Source: Chiloscyllium plagiosum
Taxonomy: Eukaryota
DNA: 64,000 nt
Direction of reading: 5' to 3'
NCBI RefSeq assembly: GCF_004010195.1
Contig: NC_057720.1
Coordinates: 74,833,220-74,897,219, forward strand
The position numbers and the translations under genes are program-made. The notes under the pieces are model-generated. The model was not told where the DNA came from and did not search any database. It saw only the letters and a program-made list of their open reading frames with translations. This document shows, piece by piece, positions 1-10,754 of this stretch. Each line of letters begins with the position of its first letter. Within the stretch, counting starts at the first letter, position 1.

Positions 1-1015
1 TTACTACCCTTGAGGACCTCCTTTATAAATTTCTATCTAACTCTCTGTAATCTCCCTTCAGAGTCTCAACCTTTTCCCTTCCAATGTTGTTGGTTCCAAT
101 GTGGACAATGACCTCCTGCTGGCCCCTCTCCCCCGTGGGAACATTCTGCACCGTCTCTGAGACATCCTTGATCCTGGCACCAGGGAAACAACACACCATT
201 CTGCTTTTTCTCTGCTGGTCACAGAAACGTCTGTCTGTACCTCTGACTACAGAATCCCCTAACACAATTGAACTCTTGGAAACCGACATACCCATCATTG
301 CATTAGAGCCAGTCTCAACACCAGAAACTTAGCTGTTCGTGCTATGTTCCCCTGAGAATCCATCACCCCCTACATTTTCCAAAACAGCATACCTGATTGA
401 AATGGCTATATCCACAAAAGACTCCTGCATTAGCTGCCTACCTCTCTTATCCTTCCTGGAGTTAACCCATCTATGTGACTGTATCTGAGACTTTTCCCCC
501 TTCCTATATCTGCCATCCATCACATACTGTTGCTGTTGCAAATTCCTCATCGCTTCTATCTGTCTCTCCAACCGATCCACTTGATCTGATAAGATTCACA
601 TCCAACAGCATTTATGGCAGAGAAAATCCACAGTTACCCTTAAACTCTCTTTAAACTCCCACATCTGACAAGAAGTACATATCACTGCAAAGGCCGTTTT
701 TGCTCCTTCACAATCTACAGACCCAGAAAATAACACCGTCTTATTCCTCTACAAACACTGTCTCAAGTTAAATTAATACCTATGGCTTATATTTTAAGTT
801 TAATCAAGAGACTTATCTCCAAAAACATATAATCAAGAAAGAATCCACTATACTCACTACTGCAGCCTTTCTCTTGGACAGACTTAAAACAACAATTAAC
901 CTATCTGATTCTGTGCTGTGAACTTCGCCCAACAGTTCCTCCAAGATTAGTTGTGAATTTCACTGTTTGATAATTTTCCCAGATGCACTCCGATGTCCAG
1001 CGATACACGAATTCA
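1..1015 (-). mobile_element. CR1/HER1-type LINE 5' part: 5'UTR and disrupted ORF1 (Cys-rich, coiled coil, SGNH esterase); continues beyond the window start
   Basis: ORF 23..298 reads IVLGDSVVRG..MVCCFPGARIKDV..VIVHIGTNNIG, the GDS/GxN esterase motifs of CR1 ORF1p. ORF 329..580 DRLERQIEAMRNL is coiled-coil-like. Stops split the frame. Confidence 0.85.
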
Positions 1016-1082
1016 ACCAGTCAGCTTATAGATGGTGCACACTGCTGCTTCTGAGCTTCAGTGGTGACAGATGTGGATATCT

Positions 1083-1216
1083 AGGAGAAAGTGAGGACTG
1101 CAGATGCTGGAGATCAGAGCTGAAAAATGTGTTGCTGGAAAAGCGCAGCAGGTCAGGCAGCATCAAAGGAGTAGGAGAATCGACGTTTCGGGCATAAGCC
1201 CTTCTTCAGGAATCTT
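1083..1216 (-). mobile_element. 134-bp Penelope-derived non-autonomous element with hammerhead motif, flanked by a 15-bp TSD
   Basis: CAGATGTGGATATCT occurs at both 1068-1082 and 1217-1231. The body is homologous to copies at 3636-3763 and 8914-9195. Confidence 0.85.
1177..1214 (-). ncRNA. Minimal type I hammerhead ribozyme motif
   Basis: Minus strand GATTC-CTGAAGA-A-GGGC-TTAT-GCCC-GAAA-C-GTC-GATTC. Core intact, 4-bp stem II, stem I with one U.U mismatch. Confidence 0.75.
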
Positions 1217-1405
1217 CAGATGTGGATATCTGTGGATGTGGTGTCAATCAAGTAGGTTGCTTCTTTCCAGTTAGTGTCAAACCTCTCGAATGTTGTTGAA
1301 GCTGCACTCATCAAGGCAACTGGGGTGCATTCCATCACACACCAGACTTGTGCTTTGTAGATGGTAGACAGCTTGACGGAGTCAAAATGTGAATTACCCA
1401 CTACA
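1217..1405 (-). mobile_element. Fragment of a second CR1-like LINE family (host of the 134-bp insert; also 1017-1082)
   Basis: ORF 1216..1401 (LSTIYKAQVWCVMECTP..) matches the + strand copy at 57650-57800 (LSTIYKEQVRSVVEYSS). Confidence 0.7.
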
Positions 1406-1422
1406 AGTAACTTAGAAGAGGC

Positions 1423-1755
1423 TGTGGTGTGAGGGTAATGTCACTGGACTAGGATCCAGAAACCCCAGGTTAATGTTCTACAGACATGGGCTTGAACCTC
1501 AAGACGGCAGACTGTGAAATAAAGCCTGGAATAAAGAATTGGCCTAATAGGGACATGTAACTCGTGTCGATTGATATAATAATTCATTTGGATCACTAAT
1601 ATCCTCTATGGAAGGAAAGCTGCCATCTTACCTGCTCTGGCCTACAAATGATTCCAGACCCACAAGAATGTTAACTGCCCTCTGAGCAATTGGGCTTGGG
1701 CAATGAATGCTGGCCTAGTCAGTGATGTCCACATCCTGTGAATGAATAAAACAAA
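1423..1755 (+). mobile_element. tRNA-derived SINE whose 3' tail is shared with the second CR1-like LINE family
   Basis: Head with A/B-box-like sequence. Tail aatgctggcctagtcagtgatgtccacatc..aatgaataaaa resembles the LINE end at 58130-58170. Homologous to 8452-8745. Confidence 0.65.
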
Positions 1756-1759
1756 AGTC

Positions 1760-2900
1760 TCTTAGCCTTTGACTTTGACTTAGTCACAGTACTAATACGA
1801 CATAGTCCAGTTCAGTCCCTGGTCAATAGTAATCCCTAGGATGTTGATAGTGAGGGATGGTGATACCATTAAAGTCAAGGGATGATGGTCAGAGTATCTC
1901 TTATTAGAGACAGTCATTGCCTGATAATTGCGTGTGGCATGACTATTACTTGCCACTTGTCAGCCCAAGCCTGGATATTGTCCTGATCTGAAGTTGCATT
2001 TGAACATGGACTGCTTCAGTGTCTGAGGATTTGTATATGGTATTGACTATTGTATAATCATTGGTGGATATTCCCCCCTTCTGACCTTATGATGGAGGGA
2101 GGGTCACTGATGAAGCAGCTGAAGATGGTTGGGCTGAGGTGACTGATTTCCAACAACCACAACTATCTTCCTATGTGGCAACCTTTCTGTTAGCTTCAGT
2201 TTTGCTGTAGCTCTGAAGCCACATTTGATTAGATGGTAGTGGCTACAATTTTGAAAAACACTGTCTAACGGCCTTGGTGATTTATTGCAGTGCACTTTGT
2301 AGACAGTACCTATTGCTACAACCATGTGCCAGTGGCAGAGACAGTAACTATTGAAGGTAGTGGATGTGACGCCACTAAAGTGGATTGCTTTGGCCTGGAT
2401 AATGCTGAAGCATGCTGAGTAATGTTGGAGCTGCATTTGTCCAGGCAAGAAGAGAATATTCCTTCATATTACTTGTGCCTTGCAGATGGTGGACAGGCTT
2501 TGGGGAGTCAGGAAGTGAGCTCGTCACCAGTGGATTTCTAGTCTCTTATGTGCTGTTGAAGCCATTGTATTTATACAGCTGGTCCTCTTCAATTTCTGGT
2601 CAATGGTAACCCCCAGGATGCTGGGGAATTCAGCTGTAGTAACTTTAAGGACAGATGGTTAGATTTTCTTTTGTTGAATGTGGTCATGCCTTGGCATTTA
2701 TGTAGTGTGAATGTTATTTACCACTTGTCCAATTCTTGCTGCATTTGAACATGGACTGCATCAGTATCTGAGGAGTTATGAAAACTGCTGAATGTTGTGC
2801 AATCATCAGTGAACATCCCCACTTCTGGCCTTATGATGGAGGGAAGGTCATTGACAAAGTAGCTAAAGATGATTGAGCCTAGGACACTACCCTGAAGAGA
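1760..2900 (-). mobile_element. Decayed CR1-like LINE ORF2 fragments (two overlapping pieces)
   Basis: The block gcatttgaacatggactgc..ccttatgatggaggga recurs at ~1995-2110 and ~2740-2850. Reverse complement matches 57200-57800. Confidence 0.7.
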
Positions 2901-3635
2901 TCATTTAAAGAGCTGAGAATTTAAATAACTAACATAGTGAATGTTTTATGGGTCTTATCAGCCCTCCAAAAGCATTCCCATCTATTTCAAGAATTTGTGT
3001 ATTCCAAACTGTAGATTAAGGTCTTTGCTAAATTGGGTCTGCTTGAAGTCAGTACTGTGTTCTGACAACCCAATAACAGTCACACCCCAGAAACTTATGC
3101 AAATAAAATCACAGTTGACTCACCATTTACCACATTAGTTACCTTTCTCATCTCTTGAAGCAAAACTGAGAAATTGTATTCAGAAACGCAATTACAGAAT
3201 AGTTTCCTGGGATGCGCAGGCTGGATGAATTACCCAAGGGAGATGCCGGGTGACAGGAATATGGTGAGGGGTGGGGGCTGGGTGAGCGTGGGATACTCTG
3301 CAGAGGGAAGGTGTGGACTCAATGGACCCAATGGCCTGCTTCTACACAGTTGGGATTCTATGAACCTATAAAATGGGTCCGCATACTCACCTAAAACTGA
3401 GATGAATGTATCAAATTTCCCATTGGCATATTAACTTCAAGGCAGTGATAAATAATTCACCACTTGATTGACGTTGGCTCTGTGCCTCTGGTGCAGGATT
3501 TTTAAGTACAGAGAAAACTTTTTGAAACTTGTGAGTTGAGCTAAATGTGAAGAAGGTTCAGGAGAAATGAATGGCTGTAGTTCCAATGACAAGATGAGGC
3601 AGAAACAAGCTGGATGATTAACAGTACCGGGAGAT

Positions 3636-3763
3636 AGTGAGGACTGCAGATGTTGGCGAGTCATCGTGGATAAAGAGTGGAGCTGGAAAAAAGCACGGCA
3701 GGTCAAGCAGCATTAGAAGAGCAGGAGAGTTGACGTTTCAGGTCAGAACCTTTCATCAGGACT
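3636..3763 (-). mobile_element. Penelope-derived short element with hammerhead motif (motif 3728-3763)
   Basis: Minus strand AGTC-CTGATGA-A-AGGT-TCTG-ACCT-GAAA-C-GTC-AACT. Body homologous to 1083-1216. Confidence 0.75.
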
Positions 3764-4899
3764 TCCTACTTGAACAGTTAGGTTTACTCTTAAAGCAAAT
3801 TATGATTCAATTAAATATATTAAAAGCAGGCAGTTGTCATAATGACAACTGTTTCATCGATGCCAGCTTAAAACAAGATTTCTTTAACTCATAATTTTTA
3901 AAGTTGCAACAAGGGAACTATCATACTTAACCACAGTTCTGAAGAAACCTCCGCTAGCTGTTTTGTTTCTTGACCTCAGTCTTGAATGTCTTCTCCCCTC
4001 CCCCTTTCTCAAAATTCTGAGAACATGGTTCTGCGCAAACTTTGGAAGTCAAGGTGTCAAGGGACTCTTTCAAATACATTTATCTATAATTGTTTTTCTT
4101 TGTAAAATTATCAAGAAGTTACTACAAACGCTCGGAATATAAAATGTGGAGCAGAGGCAGAACATACCGCCCCTTGAGAAAGTAAAACACTTTAGATCCT
4201 TATCCTGAAGTTTTACTTTAATAATTACAAACTAGATTGGAGCTAGCAGATACAAAATTACTTTTTATTAATATAATTTTTCAAAGTTGTGAAAGATATT
4301 TCAAAGAGTTTAAGATGCCCTCGCAATACTATGAGATACTATGAAAATGCCGACTTGACTTGAGGTTACCAATTGACTTATTTACACTTTATGTTGTCTG
4401 GAGGTGTAGATAATGAACATAGGTGTCAGTCCATAATGGATCTGAGACTGGGGAATGGTCCAAGAAATTGATCATTTGAAACAAATTGGGTCCAGCAGTG
4501 AACAAAGCAAAGGCAGTGAAAATGGGTATTTTGGATACAGTGCAAAAATGTTGCTGCTGTTCTTAAAGCTGCATAGTCTTTTCTCCGTGGGGACATGGCT
4601 GCACACTAAAGATAGATGTGCTTAAGACAGAACACAGCAAAGATGGCTATTTTAGCTTGGGAAGATAAACATTATCTGCCTTGTGTGTTGGCATGGCAGT
4701 GAGTATTCTCACACACAGCGGTGGTTGAATGCTCTGCCTTTTTTTATCCATTTTAAAATGGATTGAATTCAATTGCAACATTTAAAACAGGTGATAAAAT
4801 ACCAACATAATTAATTATTCTGCATCAATATTGGATATGCTATTCTAAATGCCTCTATCACTTTATTCGACTCCAGTGAGGCTGTGGTGTGGAATACTG

Positions 4900-5245
4900 T
4901 AGAAAGGAAGAGCAGGTTTGATCCACAGAACCTACTCCACCATTCAATATGTTCATGGCTGATCTTGTCTCTCAATGCCATAGTCAGCAACTTGTCCCAC
5001 TCTGCTTTTTGTGATAGAGAATTCCACAGATACACTACACTCTGAATAAAAAGAAATTTTCTTCATCTCAGTCCTAAATGGCTGGCCATATCCTGAGACG
5101 ATGAGCCCTTGTTCCACACTGCCCAGCCATGGGGAGCATTACCCTTGCATCCAGTCTGTCCAGCCCTGCCAGCATTTTATGCACGTCAATGCAATCCCTT
5201 CTTAATCTTCTAGACCACTGTCGGCCCAATCGCTCAACATCTGAT
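4900..5245 (-). mobile_element. CR1 LINE 3' end fragment
   Basis: ORF 4811..5035 (YLWNSLSQKA) and a 3'UTR resembling the other CR1 ends in the window. Confidence 0.7.
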
Positions 5246-5455
5246 AACCCTGTTCACATGTACCTGTCACTGAAAGTAAGTGTGGCAGTAAAGAAAGCAA
5301 ACTATATGTTGGGCTTCATAGCGCGTTCTAGACCACTGTCGGCCCAATCTCTCAACATCTGATAACCCTGTTCACATGTACCTGTCACTGAAAGTAAGTG
5401 TGCAGGTACAGCAGGCAGTAAAGAAAGCAAACTATATGTTGGGCTTCATAGCGCG
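5208..5455. repeat. Tandem duplication (118 bp + 130 bp) spanning the junction of two oppositely oriented CR1 fragments
   Basis: 5208-5325 matches 5326-5455 except one substitution and the 12 nt caggtacagcag absent from the first copy. Confidence 0.9.
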
Positions 5456-7060
5456 AGGATTCAAGTGTAGGAACAAAGATGTCTTGCTGCAATTATACAG
5501 GTCATTGGTCAGGCCACACCTCAAATTTTCTGATTTGGTCTCTTTATCTGAGGAAGGCTGCTATTGCTATGGAGAGAATATAGCGAAGGTTTACCAAATT
5601 GATTTCTAGGATAGTAGGATTGATGTATGAGGAGAGACTGAGTTGGTTCGGATTATATTCTGTGGGGTTTAGAAAAAGGAGGGGAAATCTCATAGAAACC
5701 TATAAAATTCTCACGGAATTAAACAGGTTAGATGTAGGAAGGGTGTTCCCAATGGTGGGGGACTCCAGAACTAGGAGTCATAGTTTAAGAATCGCCTGCA
5801 ACTGTCCATGATATAAATAAATGAGTTGGAAGAGGAGACCAAGTGTAACATATCCAAGTTTGCTGATGACACTAAATTGAGTGGAAAGGCAAACTGTGCA
5901 GAGGATGTGGAGAGTCTGCAGAGAGATTTAGGAAGATTAAGTGAGTGGACAAAGGTCTGGCAGATGGAGTACAATGTTGGCAAATGTGAGGTTATCCACT
6001 TTGGAAATAAAAATAGTAGGTTAGAGTATTATTTAAATGGTGAAATATTGCAGCATGCTGTTGTGCAGAGGGACTTAGGAATGCTCATACATGAATCGCT
6101 AAAAGTTGATTTGCAGGTTCAGCAGGTAATCAGAAAGGCAAATGGAATATTGGCTTTCATTGCTAGAGGGATTGAATTTAAGAGCAGGGAGGTTCTGCTG
6201 CAATTGTACAAGGTGTTGGTGAGACTGCACCTGGAGTATTGTATGATATTCTGGCTGACTGACTTGAGGAAGGATAGACTGGCTTTGGAGGTGGTGCAGA
6301 GGAGGTTCGCCAGGTTGATTCTGGAGACTGGGTGGGGGGGTCACCTATGAGGAGAGGTTGAGCCACAATGGACTGTACTCATTAGAATTTAGAAGAATGA
6401 GAGGAAATCTTATAGAGACATATTATGAAAAAGATCAATAAGATAGAGGCAAGTAAGTCGTTTCTGCTGGTGGGTGAGACTAGGACTAGGGGTCATGGCC
6501 TCAAGATTAGGGGGAGTAGATTGAGGACAGAAATGAGGAGGAGTTACTTTTCCCAGAAAGTAGTGAATCTATGGAATTCTGTGCCCAAGCAAGCAGTCGA
6601 TGCAGCTTCATTAAATATATTCAAGACCCAGTTGGATGGGTTTTTGCATGGTTGGGGAATTAAGAGTTATGGGGATAATGCAGGTAGGAGGAGCTGAGAC
6701 AATGGATAGATCAACCATGATCTTCATGGCGGAGCAGACTCAATGGGCCAAATGGCCTACTCCTGCTTCTGTTACTATGAAATGAAGAAGAAGGAGCGAA
6801 CCTCTTAGCACTGAGGTGTGGAGAAATATATTCACCAAGAGAGAGGTGAGCCTGTGGAATTAATTACCACAGAAAGTGGCTGAGGCTAAATCATGGTGTG
6901 TCTTCAGAAAGGAGGTAGATATATAGCTCTTGTGGCTAAAGGGATCAAGGGATATGGAGCAGGGTGGGAATAGGCCATTGAGTTGGGTGATCAGCCATGA
7001 TCGTATTGAAAAGCAGAATGGCCTACTCCTGCTACTACCTTCTACATGTTCACGTTTCTA
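5250..7060 (+). mobile_element. CR1 ORF2 C-terminus and 3'UTR (5250-5792 plus ~6790-7060), interrupted by a younger CR1
   Basis: Reads QQAVKKANYMLGFIARG..LQLYRSLVRPHL..RTRSHSLRI, and homology resumes after ~6790. Confidence 0.75.
5793..6785 (+). mobile_element. 5'-truncated, relatively young CR1 LINE (RT C-terminal half and 3'UTR)
   Basis: 174-aa ORF 5826..6350 has ISKFADDTKL (RT YADD-type motif) and WQMEYNVGKCEVIHFG. ORF 6425..6697 has RTRGHGLKI..VVNLWNS. Confidence 0.9.
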
Positions 7061-7100
7061 TGTTTGTGTTTGGAATTTATTTTCTTTGGAAAGAGGGGAA

Positions 7101-7382
7101 TGTTGTGCATGTGTTGCAGCTGATGCACTGATGATGTCATCACCGTATGATGACATGTGACCTAGTGACATGAAGCTTTCAGTCTCCACTGTAATAAGCT
7201 CTGTCCTCTTGGAGCATGACATACTGACAAAGGCATGCTGCAGTACAACTGAACTGCTTATCCTGAGCCTAGGTAGGCAAGTGGCTGTGATTGTAATGTG
7301 CATATCTAGCTCTCACAAGCTGGAATAAAAGTTTCTTGTATTCTTCAGTACTATATGGCCCACTCCCTATCCTTATGTGACA
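7101..7382 (+). mobile_element. Candidate LTR preceded by a polypurine tract
   Basis: GGAAAGAGGGGAA (7088-7100) directly before TGTTG; AATAAA at 7324; ends ..TGACA. Confidence 0.55.
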
Positions 7383-7523
7383 GGAGCTTTGTGTCTCAAT
7401 GTAATAATGAAAGATCATCAATACATCAGCTACCACATCACCTCACCTCACCATAGCATATCACATGAATACTACTGGTGTAGACCCACCCATACAGCTG
7501 TGCTAAGACATCCATGTTCCATC

Positions 7524-7887
7524 CCTAACCTGGACATCTTTGGACTGTGGCAGGAAACCGGAGCTCCTGGGAGAAACCTATGTACACACAGGGAGAAGGT
7601 GCAAATTTGGACGGTCGCCTGAGGCTGGAATCGAACCCGGGTCCCTGGCACTGTGCACGCTGTCTCATTTATTCAAAGGATTTCACATTACTGGCTGGTC
7701 CAATATTTATTTCCCATTCCTAATTGTCCAGAGGGCAATTAAGACCCAACAATATTGCATTGGTCTGGATTCACACGTAGACCAGATTAAGTCTGGATGG
7801 CAGTTTCCTTCCTTCAAGGATATTAGTGAACTATCTATTTTTTCCCCAACAGTAGGCAATGTTTTCATGGTCATCATTAGATTCTTA
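7524..7887. repeat. Left arm of near-identical inverted duplication (partner 8524-8886)
   Basis: Reverse complement of 8524-8886 with about 4 substitutions and 1 indel. ORFs 7540..7920 (+) and 8523..8957 (-) share sequence. Confidence 0.95.
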
Positions 7888-8913
7888 CAGTCAAGGCCAA
7901 TGTATCATTTGCCTCCCTAACTGCATTGGCTTGCTGAAGTTAGGAAGGAGTAGAGTGAGCGTTATACTACCATAAGAGTATAGCTCCTCTGGACTAATTT
8001 TATTAATTTGGATTTCACATGAATGTGAATTTTATTCTTTTGTTGGGAATGTTTGGTTTAGTTGGCATTGTCCCCTGACTCTGGATGGTGAGGTCCAAAG
8101 CACCCCTCTAATATGGGACCATGGACCTCATTTCGAGCAAGCCGTGAGCTGCAACAGGCAACTTGCCAGGGAAGTGAGCCTGAAGAACAGCTTACTGTGA
8201 CACCAGTAACAGACCTTGGATAAGCGGTGGAAGGGGATGAATGGAAAATGGAGAGGTTCACGATGTGGAGGCATTGAATGTGGGAGGAGGCAGCAATGGC
8301 TGAGGTGGATGGGGCGGGGAGGGACAGGTACTGGGGGCTGTGGAGTTGGTTTTTATGGGTTGCGGGTTTTAAATTCTGGTAATGTGTTTCAAAATGTATC
8401 TCAGCAAACATATCACCCAAAGAAGGGGTGTTGATTATCTGAAGACCCAGGTGGTGTTCTGGGCACCCAGGTTCAAATCCTCTCATGGTGAAATTTTAAT
8501 TTGATTAAAAATAAATTTGAAATTAAGAATCTAATGATGACCATGAAACATTGCCTACTGTTGGGGAAAAAATAGATAGTTCACTAATATCCTTGAAGGA
8601 AGGAAGCTGCCATCCAGACTTAATCTGGTCTACGTGTGAATCCAGACCAATGCAATATTGTTGGGTCTTAATTGCCCTCTGGACAATTAGGGATGGGAAA
8701 TAAATATTGGACCAGCCAGTAATGTGAAATCCTTTGAATAAATGAGACAGCGTGCACAGTGCCAGGGACCCGGGTTCGATTCCAGCCTCAGGCGACCGTC
8801 CAAATTTGCATATTCTCCCTGTGTGTACATAGGTTTCTCCCAGGAGCTCCGGTTTCCTGCCACAGTCCAAAGATGTCCAGGTTAGGTGGATTGGCCATGC
8901 TAAATTATCCGTG

Positions 8914-9195
8914 GTTGAAACTTTATTGCTGGAACAGCACAGCAGGTCAGGCAGCATCCAGGGAACAGGAGATTCGACGTTTCGGGCACAGGCCCTTCTT
9001 CAGGAATTGTAGAGAGAGGCAGAGAGCTTCTTCAAGGAAGGCATCCTTGTAAGAGGATTCGCAGTAGGTTGAAATCTTCGAGGAGAAAGTGAGGTCTGCA
9101 GATGCTGGAGATCAAAGTTGAAACTTTATTGCTGGAACAGCACAGCAGGTCAGGCAGCATCCAGGGAACAGGAGATTCGACGTTTCGGGCACAGG
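8914..9195 (-). mobile_element. Tandem Penelope-derived unit: two identical 79-bp direct repeats, 203-bp period
   Basis: 8914-8992 is identical to 9117-9195. One complete and one half hammerhead motif. Confidence 0.85.
8972..9007 (-). ncRNA. Minimal type I hammerhead ribozyme, fully paired
   Basis: Minus strand ATTC-CTGAAGA-A-GGGC-CTGT-GCCC-GAAA-C-GTC^GAAT. Stem I ATTC/GAAT, stem II GGGC/GCCC, palindromic ACGU helix III, GUC cleavage triplet. Confidence 0.85.
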
Positions 9196-9384
9196 GGAAA
9201 GAGTCTTCAGAGGGTCATATAGACCTGATGATCCGAATGGCCTCTATTTGCACTGTAGGGGTTCCACGTTTCCATGACTGTCAGGAGATGCAATTAATCA
9301 AGGTTACTTCTTGCAGAAAACAAGATGTCCAATAATTTGAATTAAGCAATCACATTGAAAAGTAAAAAGTTACAACTGAAAGGT

Positions 9385-9605
9385 AAAAATCGAAAGAAGT
9401 GCGGATGCTGGAAATCAGAAGCAAGAACAGGAATTGCTGAAAAAGCTCAGCAGGTATGTCAGCATCCGTGGAGAGAAACCAGAGTTAGCATTTTGGATCC
9501 AGTGAGATTCTGAGGAAGGGTCACCTGACCCAAAACATTAACTTTGATTTCTCTCCACAGATGCTGCCAGACCTGTTGAGCTTTTCCAGCAATTTCTATT
9601 TTTGA
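9385..9605. mobile_element. Palindromic (head-to-head) Penelope-derived element with decayed hammerhead (9508-9542, +)
   Basis: Arms aattgctgaaaaagctcagcagg..tggagagaaa and tttctctccacagatgctg..agcttttccagcaatt. Centre CTGAGGA-A-GGGTCA-CC-TGACCC-AAAAC. Confidence 0.75.
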
Positions 9606-10754
9606 CAGAAATTACTTCTTGAATGAAGAGGAATGGAATATTGACAAACCTGTAATTTCTGGTAGTTATGTTTGGGTAGCAAGGTGAGAAGTTCATAACT
9701 GAGATGTTGAATGAAGGATATCTATAGCATTCTATACATCAGGTTTTTTTTATTGTTTCAGGCACTCTAATAGTTTTCTTCGTGCTAAGTATTCACTGCT
9801 GAATCTAGCGTAACCTTTTTGCACTAATACTTTGTAAAGCTTTTAACTCATCCCTCTACTTACCGAGAGGTGGGATTAATAAATGTTGATGAATTTTTTT
9901 TTAAGGATCATGACCCATGCATGCTTTAAGAAATTGAGACCTGCCATTTCCTTTCGGCAAAGCTGTGGGAAAATAAAATTCACTTTGTATATCTGTGTAG
10001 GTTTCCTTTTACTGCATTGTTTTTCAAAAAAAGATTGGACATGGGGGTCAATCAAATGGTTCTGATTATGGTAATCTCAGAATCTTTGGTGTGGCCTATG
10101 AAGTCAAGTTGATCCCTACTGAAATAAACAGTCTTTTGTCAGGTTTAAATGCATAACAAGCATCAGTGGCATGTCATTTTGAGTCTTGCCTGTCTTTTCC
10201 AAATTAACGTTCTGAGAAGGCTTCTATTATACTTTTTGTTAGGTTACCATGGATGGAGAGGAGGCCAAACAGCTAACTGAAGAAAATGGAAACAAGAAAT
10301 CGATTTTAATTTATATAGCGTTTTTTCATAATCTCAGGATGTTCCAAAGCAATTTACAGCCAAATAAATCATTTCACTTAAATAACAGTGGTTGACTTCA
10401 TGGGAAGAACCCAAGAACGCACCAACACTTCACTGTAGCACTGAAGATGTGCTGCAGTGACAAAGGTGTCATCTTTGAAGGAAAATCTTTGAGTACAGAG
10501 TAAAGATACCTTGCTGCCATTGTATACAGAGTCTGGTTGAATCACTTACCCTGTGCATTACTCTATGGATATTAGGGGAGTCATGTAGCTCTTGACAATG
10601 CTATAGACTTTAAAAAGCTCCTGTAGGATCTTGCTGTTTAATTTGCACACTGATCACTATCAATCTGGCACAGGACACCAAACCAATTACATACTAACAC
10701 CCTGACTGGAATTGAAACCTTATAGTTATGGGTAGCAATGGTTTGTATGAACCG

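Larger units (their letters stand above)
8452..9275 (+). mobile_element. Composite: tRNA-SINE (8452-8745) plus HE1-type SINE (8755-8910, 9196-9275) interrupted by a Penelope-derived unit
   Basis: B-box GGTTCGATTCC at ~8773. HE1 body matches 43172-43502. Confidence 0.75.

Noticed and set aside
5826-6350. Longest ORF (174 aa) as a host or domesticated gene
   Set aside because: It is the C-terminal half of a CR1 RT, 5'-truncated and frameshifted at the poly-G near 6335.
8914-9195. CRISPR-like repeat-spacer structure
   Set aside because: Only two 79-bp repeats, eukaryotic context and no cas genes.
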